Under the pieces are notes generated by a model. That model saw only the letters and a program-made list of their open reading frames with translations. It was not told where the DNA came from and did no database searches. Shown here in pieces: positions 31,530 through 42,200 of a DNA stretch of 64,000 nt (the stretch's first letter is position 1; every line of letters begins with the position of its first letter). Origin of the DNA: Paraspadella gotoi (Eukaryota; Animalia; Chaetognatha); NCBI GenBank assembly GCA_051294375.1, contig CM119271.1, forward strand, positions 13,702,372 through 13,766,371. The letters run 5' to 3'. A program made the translations under genes and the position numbers.

Positions 31530-34113
31530 ATGGATTCGTTGGAAGGTAAGTTCGATTTTGTAACTCACTCTAAATATAACTTAATAACCTTAAGTTGTAA
31601 TTTCAGGCCCTGATGTCATCAACTTGGAATTGATTTTCGAGAGAATCGAGTCGTTGCTCCGCGAATTGAAGGTCTTCGACTGGAAGGCCTCCATCGTCGA
31701 GCGATCCAAAGTGGTCGTGGAGAAAATTCAGGTGATGCGGGCGACCAGCGAAGCCTTTGACAGGTTACCCAATTTTAAAAAAGCGCTCTCGGGGGACAAC
31801 TGTCCTCTCGAAGAAACCTTAACCGGGTTGCGAGGTAATTCCGTCAAAGCGGCGTCGATTAGCGTCGGAAGTTTTGCCGCGAACCGACGTAGGTGTCTCT
31901 CGAACCGAGTCGACGATCCTTCCGTTGCGCGTGTCAAGCGGCCGAGATGCGTGGAATCGCGGTCCACCCGCGTCGTCAAATACGCTCGAGGAGACGATCG
32001 CGGGCCGAAGAGAAGTCGCGGCACACCGAATCGGTCGCGGAGAACGCGCGTGAATCGTAGCGGCGTGGCGGCGTCGAAAAAATCCCGAAGGTTCGATTGC
32101 GCTCTGTGCTCGAGCAGCTTTTCCAAGATTCAGAATCTGAAGATTCACACTGAGATTGTGCACGAGGGAAAGAGACACTCTTGTCCCAAGTGTGAGAAAA
32201 CCTTTACGCGTAAAGACGTGCTCAAAAATCACGTCCTGGCTTTTCACGTCGGAAAGCGGTTCCCCTGCGAAGAATGCGGCAAAGAGTTTACGTTTCTCGG
32301 CGCTTTGAAGTATCACCGAAAGGTCATTCACGAGGGCGTTAAAGTAGCCGAGAGACGCAAGGCTGGGGAGGAGTCTAAAGGCGCCGGCGTCAAAGCCGAA
32401 CGTCCTCGCGTCTCTTTTGACTGCAAAACGTGTGATCTTAGCTTCGACGAAGCGGAGGGACTCAAGAGGCACACCGCGCTGTCCCATCGTCTCGATGGCT
32501 CCGCTGGAAAGAAAAATGGCCGGTCCGCAGAAACGGATTCTCGTCCAGGCGGTTCGAAGCATGCTTGCCTTCTCTGCGACCGTTCCTTCTCCCGATCCAC
32601 CTATCTCCGTGCCCACGTTGAGGCCGTCCACGAAGGTGTTCGCTACGATTGCGACTTTTGCCCGCGCCGGTTTGGTCGAGCGCAGACACTCAAAAATCAC
32701 ATCAAGGTTGAGCACAAAGGACAGAGGTTCGATTGTGAAACATGTGGCAAGACTTTCACTCAGGCGGCCTCGCTCAAGAAGCACGTCGACACTCTCCATT
32801 TGGGCAAAAGAGCCAAATGTCCTGACTGTAATAAAGAATTTACCGAGATCGGTTCCCTCCGCGTGCACCGCGCTTCCGTACACGAGGGACGTCGATTCAA
32901 GTGTCCGTCTTGCGACAAGGAATTTACCGATCCGTCACATGTCCGTTTGCACGTAAAGAGCGTGCACGAAGGTCGCCGATTTCGATGCGGTCATTGCATC
33001 AAGTCTTTCGCGCACGCGACGACGTTGAAAAAGCACGAGAGAACTCACGTCAACGCGGGGAAGTGCGGAGTTGTTTGCGACGAAGAAGAACCGAGAGAAA
33101 CGACAGAGGCTCCAGTAAAGCGAGATCGGCATTTGCCGGAAGCGGTCGCCAAATCGCCGGAGGGGCAGGCACCAGCGCAGGAGCTGCAGCATTTGGCGAA
33201 CAGAGATCCGAAATCGGGAAATCCGCAGCATCATCACCAGTATCCCGTCACTGCGGCGGCGGCGGCGGCGACGTTTCAACAGCAAGCCGAGTATCTCAAC
33301 AACGTCATCTTCCACATCGTCGCCGCTTCGCAACAGAATCCCGGCGAAGTCAAAGACTCGCGCGGGATCGTCGGTGTTGACGACGATGCCGTCTCTGAAG
33401 TCGGCGTCGGATCCTGTGAAGCCGGTTCCAGATGGAAGGGGAAGACAGACCTGGATCCTTTCCACGATTGGTCTTCCGTGAGACTGACTAGTCTGGAATC
33501 TCCGACCTCTTATTCTCGAGGGTAATTTCTCGACTGTATTAACGATTGATGATCTAAATGTAATATTTGATTAACATAGCAATTTTAATTGTTTTAATTC
33601 TTCGTAGGCTATCCCCGATCCCCACCCCTTCTTCCTTCGCTACGTCTCGCCTCGATTCTCCGCTGAGTCAGATTCCGACACCGGAACCACTCGACGATCC
33701 GCTGCATCACCATCCGCGCCTCGATCCTGCCTCGCCGCTGCATCAGCCGCCTTTAGAGACTTCGCGGGCGAGCCCGGGCCACGACGGCCGCTCGATTCTC
33801 GCCCGCGTAGATTCGCCGCTGATTAATCAGAATCAGTTCGCGACGCCGTCGACGACGAACGCGGTATTTCCGGAGGCGTCGAAGGCGGTGGTGGAGGGGC
33901 CGTTGGAGGGGATGCCGGCGATAGAAACTGTGAGTTTGCAGATTCATACACGTTTCGTTAACTAATTTTTTTTCTTGTCAATTCATAAATAATAAAAGTA
34001 CAAACATTAAGGGAAATACAAATTTCTATCAGGCGCTGGAAGCCAACTTTGCTCCCATCTCTCCATCGACCGACTCATCCCGACCGTTCACGCTTATTCC
34101 ACCGAATTGTTAA
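31530..34113 (+). CDS. C2H2 zinc-finger protein (10 fingers)
   Basis: Exons 31530-31545, ~31607-33521, 33608-33929 and 34033-34113 are phase-compatible. Ten C-x2-C-x12-H-x3/4-H fingers lie between about 32090 and 33050. Confidence 0.9.
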
Positions 34114-34227
34114 AATTAGCTTTAATTTTAGAATCAATGTTTCGCTTTATACTATTTATTTTGTGTTCGGTTACTTGTCTTGTCTTCACGCTTGCGATAA
34201 GATTTTAATTCTCATTCGGACGAAACT

Positions 34228-35453
34228 ATGATTCGGTCGTGTTTGACCCGACTCCCTCGTCCTCTTCATCTCCACCACGCGAGGATCCGCCCCGCCACCA
34301 CTCTCGCCGCCGTCGTCGAGACGTGGACGACGCAGTTCGCCGCCGCCGGAGTCTCTGAGCCCGCCGTCTCTGCCGAACTCATCGCCGCCCATTGCGTCGG
34401 CAAAAAGACGCTGGCCGGCGTCGATCGGGCGTCCAGACTCCCGCCAGCGACGACGGCCAAGATGACGACGCTGGCGATGCAGAGAATGGACGGCGTCCCG
34501 GTGCAGTACATCATCGGAGAGTGGGATTTTAGGTGAGGTTCAATATAAGTTTGATATTTAATAATAAAATTAAATTAAAAGAAATTTGACCAGACACTTG
34601 ACGCTCGAGATGCGTCCTCCGGTGTTAATCCCTCGACCGGAAACTGAGCAACTTGTGGAACTCGTCGTCGAGGATCTAAGATCAAGACTCGCGTCTCGGT
34701 CGCCGTCGGAGACGCCGCTTCGCGTCCTAGAGATCGGATGCGGCTCTGGAGCAATATGTCTCTCTCTTTTACATGAAGTTCCCTATAGCGAAGACGCCCC
34801 TTGGAGTATGAGCGCCATTGATATTAGTGGCGAGGCTGTCGAATTAACGAGCCGTAATGCAGCGTCTTTAAAGTTGGAAGATAGATTAGAGTTGCGGCAT
34901 GCTTCGGTACAGGATCTCGAAAAAGGTGAGAAGCACTTAGTTTATTTTACGGAAATTAGCTTTCTATTTAGTAAAACGATTTTGGTGTTATGTTTTGGAT
35001 AACAGATTTCTTACTTTCGGAGACTACTGTCTTCAATGATATCTCCGAATTATTGTTGCTTTACTTACTTCCTACCTTTCTCAATCTTCCCCCTACGTTT
35101 TCACGATAGCACCATTTGCGGGCCCATTCTCCCTGATTGTCTCCAACCCTCCTTACCTTTCGCCCTCATTCCTCTCCTCTCTTCCGTTGGAGGTTTCTCG
35201 CCACGAAGATCCAGTGGCGCTCTTCGGCGGCGGCGTGGATGGTTGCGAAGTGATCAGCGCAATTCTTCGCTTTGCTGCCGGTGGTGGCGTCACCGCCGGC
35301 GCCGGGTTGTGGATTGAGATTGAGCCATCGCAGAAGGCGACTTTAAAAAAGCTTATAGACACACCTGATTGCAGAGTGCTTGACTTAAAATTAAAAGGAT
35401 TCTTCGAGGACCATAGAAACTGCATTCGGTTCGCAAATATTACCTCAAAATGA
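34228..35453 (+). CDS. HEMK1: HemK/PrmC release-factor glutamine methyltransferase
   Basis: Exons 34228-34532, 34594-34925 and 35110-35453. Motifs are PVQYIIGEWDF, PPVLIPRPETE, LEIGCGSGAI, IVSNPPY and HEDPVALFGGGVDG. Confidence 0.93.
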
Positions 35454-35556
35454 GAGATTTATTGCAAAAAAAGGTGGTTATATTTTATAAACTTTTGTTT
35501 TTATTTGTAGTAAATGCATGTCGATAATTGTAGTCAACCTAACCTTTTTTATACCA

Positions 35557-36814
35557 TCTAGGAAAAAAGTATATCACATTTTTAGTAGAGGATAACTACT
35601 CGAAAATTTATTTTAGGTCAAATTGTGGTTATCATTATGTATTAATTTATATTAACCCTTTTCCTTTTATACAGATCACGTGATATTATTATAATAGCCA
35701 ATGTCGGGTTTTTTTAAGAGTTAATCGTTTCCAATTCGTTAAGTTGTTTTAAATCATTTTATAATAAGCCCATTCTTGTTCGCTTGATTAGTGTTAAATA
35801 TAAGGTGATGTTCTTGGCTGTTCGAATATATGCTGCAGGTTATTAATCATTATATCAAAACTGTTTATAAACCACTGACAAACTTTAAGCCGATCTATGC
35901 CATATCAAGGTAAGCCTTCCTATAAAAATTATCGCTCATCATTAGTGCAACTGCCAGTTCACTTCAAGTGAAAGAATCCTTTGGGCATCCCCTTACCATT
36001 ATGCCAATTGTGGGTGTTGGTGCTTCATCATTCCTTCTGCTTATCGAATGATTCTGAGGCTCTTTACAAGTGATCTACCCAACAATCTCCTTCAGCAGCT
36101 TTATCCAATCTACTAGACCCAACTTCTCAAACACAAAAAAGATTATTTTAAATAAAAAATAATAAAAAAAATTATAAACCACTGACAAACTTTAAGCCGA
36201 TCTATGCCATATCAAGGTAAGCCTTCCTATAAAAATTATCGCTCATCATTAGTGCAACTGCCAGTTCACTTCAAGTGAAAGAATCCTTTGGGCATCCCCT
36301 TACCATTATGCCAATTGTGGGTGTTGGTGCTTCATCATTCCTTCTGCTTATCGAATGATTCTGAGGCTCTTTACAAGTGATCTACCCAACAATCTCCTTC
36401 AGCAGCTTTATCCAATCTACTAGACCCAACTTCTCAAACACAAAAAAAATTATTTTAAATAAAAAATAATGAAAAAAATTATTAATTTTTTATTATTTTT
36501 GGTATTTAATTATTTGATTTTATTTTTAAAATTTTTTTTAAATTGGCAATGCTAAAGGCATGGTACCTCTTTTTTGTTTTAAAAAGTGCCATATAATATT
36601 AATATTATGGCCGAAAGATTTGCATTAAGGTTATGAAAAAAGTTTATTGTTATACCTCAATTTGTTGTATGAGAGCATGCCCAGACGAATGTAAACAGTA
36701 ATAAATGCCGAGGGAGGGTACATTAAATATTAAAAAGGTTTTACCCATATTTTATATATTTTTTATTGAATAAATAAACTTTTCAACAATTATGTAATAT
36801 ACTTTTTTCCTAGA
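35557..36814. mobile_element. Non-autonomous element with short inverted ends between the two HEMK1 terminal exons
   Basis: TCTAGGAAAAAAGTATAT at 35557 versus ATATACTTTTTTCCTAGA ending at 36814, preceded by TTTTTATACC (DINE-1-like start). Confidence 0.5.
35865..36478 (+). repeat. Near-perfect tandem duplication, unit 307 bp
   Basis: TTATAAACCACTGACAAACTTTAAGCC... begins at 35865 and again at 36172, and the two units are almost identical. Confidence 0.95.
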
Positions 36815-37053
36815 AAGTATTTGATTTGATTTGATTTTTCAACTTGTTTTAGAAAAAGTAGTCTTAGTATATTTTTCCTTTTTAGATAGTTTAGAATTTG
36901 AGATAAGAAAAGTTCTCTTTGTTCTTCAAACTTCGTTGTGAAAACAAAGAAAACTTTTCTTATCTCGAAAAAATTGTCTTAAAATTCCATTATCCATAGT
37001 AAATAATATTGTTTTAAAGCCAAAACCATTAGGTTATAAATTTTTTTTTTCAG

Positions 37054-37403
37054 CTCCATTTTGGCGCCCCTTTTCCCTGGTCGTCGCCAATCCTCCTTAC
37101 CTACCGCTATCCCTCCTTCCCTCCCTCTCAGTGGAGGTTGTTGACCACGAAGATCGGGCGGCGATCTTTGGCGGAGGAAGAGATGGTTGCGACGTAATTA
37201 GGGCAATCCTTCGCTTTGCAGCCGGTGATGGTGCCACTTCCAGCGCCGGGTTGTGGCTAAAAATATTTCCTACCCAGGAGTCGGCTATCGAAAGTCTTAT
37301 TGCCGAGGAGTCGGGTGGGGCGTTGGATCTGAAGGGATTCTTTAAAGATCTCAAAGGCGTAGTTCGATTCGGGAAGATTGTCAAGAAAAACGTTAAAGAT
37401 TGA
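37054..37403 (+). CDS. HEMK1: Duplicated HEMK1 terminal exon (candidate alternative last exon)
   Basis: Strong acceptor T10-CAG in the same phase as the exon at 35110. The open frame APFWRPFSLVVANPPYL...HEDRAAIFGGGRDGCDVIRAILRFAAG...DLKGVVRF runs to TGA at 37403. Confidence 0.75.
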
Positions 37404-37548
37404 GTTTGATTTGATTTGGTTTTTAATGTTTTTATATAAACATCTTTCGACTTGTATTTAGCCTTGCGCTTATTGAATTTTATTATTTTTTTGTTACGCT
37501 TTCTAGTCTTTTTCACTATTCTCGATTCACCCTCTCGTCGATCACCAA

Positions 37549-38801
37549 ATGGCGGACGCTCCGACTCCCCCACCTCCCGCTCCGACCGGTGGAGACAGAG
37601 GTGGTTTCCGCGGCGGGTTCGGTGGAAGAGGCAGGTTAGTTCCAGTCATAATGATTAGTAACATTACACTAAACGTATTATATACTTATTAACGTTATCA
37701 TTTACTATTATTACCTCCAGGGGCCGCGGACGAGGTCGCGGTCGCGGTCGTGGACGCGGAAAGGAGGAGAAGTCGGAGTGGATCCCCGTGACGAAACTGG
37801 GTCGTCTGGTCAAGGACGGGAAGATTCGCTCGCTGGAGGAGATCTACCTCTTTTCGCTGCCGATCAAGGAACACGAGATCGTCGACTTCTTCTTGGGATC
37901 CTCGCTCAAGGTTGAGTTTCGTCCAACTTACCAATACTCGATTTAATATTTGTAATCAATGTTTGGCCGTAACGTTTTCAGGACGAAGTACTGAAAATCA
38001 TGCCGGTTCAAAAGCAAACGCGCGCGGGCCAACGGACGAGGTTTAAAGCCTTCGTAGCCATCGGCGATTCCAACGGTCACGTCGGACTCGGCGTCAAGTG
38101 CTCCAAGGAGGTGAAGGGAGTTCGTGGAGTCGTCGACGTTGTCTTTGGGAACGAAGCCGATGTTTAATTGTTCCGCCATCAGGTGGCGACGGCGATTCGA
38201 GCCGGCATCGTCCTGGCGAAGCTCTCCGTCATTCCCGTCCGTCGCGGATATTGGGGCAACAAAATAGGGAAGCCGCACACTGTGCCTTGTAAAGTAACAG
38301 GTGAGATTTAGGATATTTTGTTTTCAATTTCTCCTTACAATCGTCAATCGTGAGTTCACGTGTTGAGTTTCTCTATTTACAATCGTTACGAGTTTTCAAT
38401 TTAAGAATTTTTCGTCAGGAAAATGCGGAAGCGCGGTGGTTCGTTTGATCCCAGCTCCTCGAGGGACTGGCATCGTCGCCGCCGGGGTTTCCAAGAAACT
38501 CTTGCAGATGGCTGGTGAGTCGATCTGTGATATTCGCTTTACACAAGTACAGCTTTAAATTTCAATTAAATTTCAATTTCCAGGTATCGAAGACTGCTAC
38601 ACTCAAGCCCGCGGCGCTACCTCGACCCTAGGAAATTTCGCCAAGGCCACCTACGCCGCCATCTCCAAGACGTATTCCTACTTGACGCCCGACTTGTGGA
38701 AGGAGACCGTCTTCACCAAGCCGCCCTTCCAGGAGTTCACCGACTTTTTGGCCAAACATCACAACCCGAGATTCCACGTCAAGAAGCAAGTCGTCGAGTG
38801 A
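37549..38801 (+). CDS. RPS2: 40S ribosomal protein S2 (uS5)
   Basis: Six exons: 37549-37633, 37721-37910, 37982-38110, 38184-38301, 38419-38514, 38585-38801. RG-rich N-terminus, [60 protein letters not shown]. Confidence 0.98.
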
Positions 38802-39211
38802 AATCTGGCGATCCGTCGGCAAGTTGCGTTTCACTATCAATTTAATGGGCATTCCGTTTTATTTATTCTGATTCTCAGTCAATTTAATGGCCGTTTTCTT
38901 TTTACACTGATTTACATTCGAGGATACATTCGTATTAAATATCAGATGGACTTTTTTGGTCTCGTGACGATTTATACCGTGATATTTTTCCTTTTTCTAT
39001 TTTTCGTAGATGTCAGATGTTATTACTCCATGCCGCCTTTTTCACATAGTTTTACGTGATTTTCTGGTAAACTGTAAACGCTCTACGTAGTTTTGTTTTG
39101 TTATTTTTTCCCCCTAGATGCGCTGGTTTTTAGCTTTAGCCTTAGTTGCTTAGAATAAAAGAGAAGCCAAGAAAATCTGCCGATGATTCAAAAATAAATA
39201 AAAACAAAAAG

Positions 39212-42200
39212 ATGTCGCAACCCTCGACGTCTTCGTCGTCGTCGTCGTCGGTTCTCAAGCGGCCCGCTCCTTCATCGACGTCGCCCTCGTGCTCCCGCAA
39301 ACGCGTCGCCGGCGATTCCACCGCCCACTTGACGACCAGCTGCAACGTCCTCCACGGAGGCGTGGCGGCCGAGACAAAGGACAACGACTTTCTTTGTCCG
39401 ATTTGTTTCGGCGTCGTGGAGGAAGCCCACGTGGCCAAATGCGGTCACAGCTTTTGCTTCAAGTGCATCATGAAAAGGTGATTTTTGAAAACGGAATGAG
39501 AGATTTCATCAGAAATTAGATAATAATACCCTAAAATAAATTTAAATTCTCTTCTTAAAACTCTCCATTCAATCCCCACAGCCTGAAATACTCCGCCCAG
39601 TGCCCAACCTGCCGTTCTACCATCGGCGACCCCTCTCAACTCTTTCCCAACCATTCCCTCAACGACATGGCCCTCAAGTTTAAGCGAAACAAGTCTGTTT
39701 CGTCCTTCGAGTCCTCGCCGACGGCGTCCTCCTTTCGCCGCTACCCGATCCTCAACGATCTGGCTCCGCTGCTGCAGCGGCTGGACGCTGACACACCAGA
39801 CGAAGGCTTGGAGCTGCGCCGCGTGGACGAGCTGCTGCGGGCGCTTACGGAGAAAAAGGCGGCGCTGGAATCGCGCAACGAACTCTTCGACGTCGTCGTC
39901 CTCAAAGAGTTTCTCTCGACGCTGGGGCAGAAGAAGCAGCAGCGGTTGGATCAGTTGCAGGTAACTTATTACTTTAAACTTAATTTGAAAATTTCCGCAT
40001 AGTTTTTAAAAGATATTTAATAAATATAGCTAATATAGCTAATCTAGTTTATTTGTAATATTTATTGTTTTACAAATATTTAACTAAGTTTTTTCCCTGT
40101 TATACATATTCACAGAACGAACTAAATCTCATCACCGGCGACATCGAAATCGTTCACGAGATGGAGGCAAAACTCAAAGCCGTTTATTCCTCCTTTGACG
40201 CCGGATCAGCGACCGCGACGCCGGACGCCGCCGTCCACGGCTGCAAGTGCGGTTCGTCGCCGCTCGTCGAATCTGGTTCGGAGGAATACATGGCCGGGGA
40301 ACAATCGGCGGAGGGTTCGGCCGCCGCTGGTTAGGATTTGCAATTTATTATTTATTTTACATAATTGTTTAATTATAAATGGGAACGTTTCTCCTATTTC
40401 CTTTAACGAGGCGAAAGCGTGGTTCCCTGCGACTCGGACAAACTCCCCCCACGTCCGAAACCCTCGACGCCGCCACAAGCCACGCCCACCAAAGATTCCG
40501 CCCACCTCTCTGGCGAGATTAGCCCCGTGGCCGATCCCGCCCGAGCCCTCGCCTCTCGAAAGCGTAAACTCCACTCCCACTTCGAGGAATTGCAAGCGGC
40601 TTACTTCGATCAAAGATTAAGGGACGAGATCGGATCCGGCGACGACGAGGCTCAGAATATGAAGGTGAGTTCCCGGGGGAATTGGAGGGTTTTTGTGCAG
40701 AATCGATTGGGACACACTACATTCTACACGCAGTTAATAACGTTCAATCGTGCCACGTTTTACACGTGGGACGTGTAAAATTCAACTAAGAGAGAGAGAG
40801 TGAGAGANNNNNNNNNNGAGAGAGAGAAAGAAAGGAAGGTGAGCGATTATTAAAAAATCATCGATGTATCTATTCACCAGGACTGAGTCTGAAGTTCTGT
40901 AAGTCAGAATCAAAAATAGAATACAGTAAAAACTAAGTCCAATTGTTTTCCTGAACCATCTATAAAAAGATCACGCGCAAAACGTATTTCATTTGATTTT
41001 GTAGGGTTTAACACCCATATTTATGCAAAAACATTTCGAAATGTGGCGAGAGTCCTGGTTTATCATAATAATACTCCAGATGTTCACTGAAACCAAGTTT
41101 CTAGAACCTTCCACCTTTGCTTTTCAGTCTTTTGTATTGTATTGTATTGTATATTGTATCTATTGTTTTCTCCTTCTTTTTCGCGTCTCTCGAGTTTCGT
41201 ATAGTTTCCTCGAGATGTCTCTCTCTCGCTTCTTCTATTCGCGTCGCGTCGCGTCTTTTCCTGAAGCGAAGAAAAGCGACAGAGTACAGTTTAGGATGAG
41301 GCGGAATCGATTCACGAAAACTGAATCTGAAGTTTTTTACGTAGTTGTCAAAGTACTAAATTACACGAAGAACTTATCACACGATTTAAAGCATCATTAA
41401 AGTGATCAAAATCGAAACATTGTATTTATGAGTCAATGCTGTAAGGTTTAACCCCCTAATTTTATGGGTAAAATGGGTCAAGTGCACCAGCCTATGGGGC
41501 GATGAAGCTAATTCAGTTTTTTAATATTTACTGCTTGCAAGCGTCTAGAACCTTCGACCTTTGCTTTTCAGGCTTTTATATCGCTTGTTTTCTCCATCTT
41601 TTTCGCGTCTCTTAAGTTTCGTTCAGTTTCCTCGAGATGTCTCTCTCTCTCTCTCTTTTTGTATTCATTAAAGACGCGTCGCGTCTTTTTTCGAAGCCAA
41701 GAAAAGCGACGGAGAACAAAAGGGGAACTGTTAGAAGGGAGTTCGCGTCGCGTCGCCGGTGAAACTGGCTTCTTTTTCTCGTCATTGTTTTCTTTCGATC
41801 TTTTCTTGGTTTCAAGAGTCATTCTTTCTCCGGCGTTCGTTGACGACGGATCACCTAGATTTTTTTCTTTTTTCGGCTAAGACCTTAGCGTCCCACGTGC
41901 GTTTTTTTTTTTTTTTTATGCCCGATACGTTTACGTACGTAGTTAACAAAATCACTTACAACAAAAGTTGATCCGCCGAGACTCTAAGAAGTCACACTAT
42001 GCCATCCACTATTAAAGAAACCTCGACTTTTCCTGACAAACCGTCTCGCGCCGACAACTCGATGCTCGATCTCCTTACCTTTCCGATTCTAACTTCGTCG
42101 CCGGTCTCCCCATCTAGGGCATCCACGCCTTTCGCGACTGCTTGGCCAAGTTCACCCGGTTTTCTAGCCTCCGTCCGCTGGCGACGCTCAACTATGCGGC

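Noticed and set aside
31728-33465. Long antisense and alternate-frame ORFs over the zinc-finger exon
   Set aside because: Shadow ORFs of GC-rich coding sequence with no recognisable motifs.
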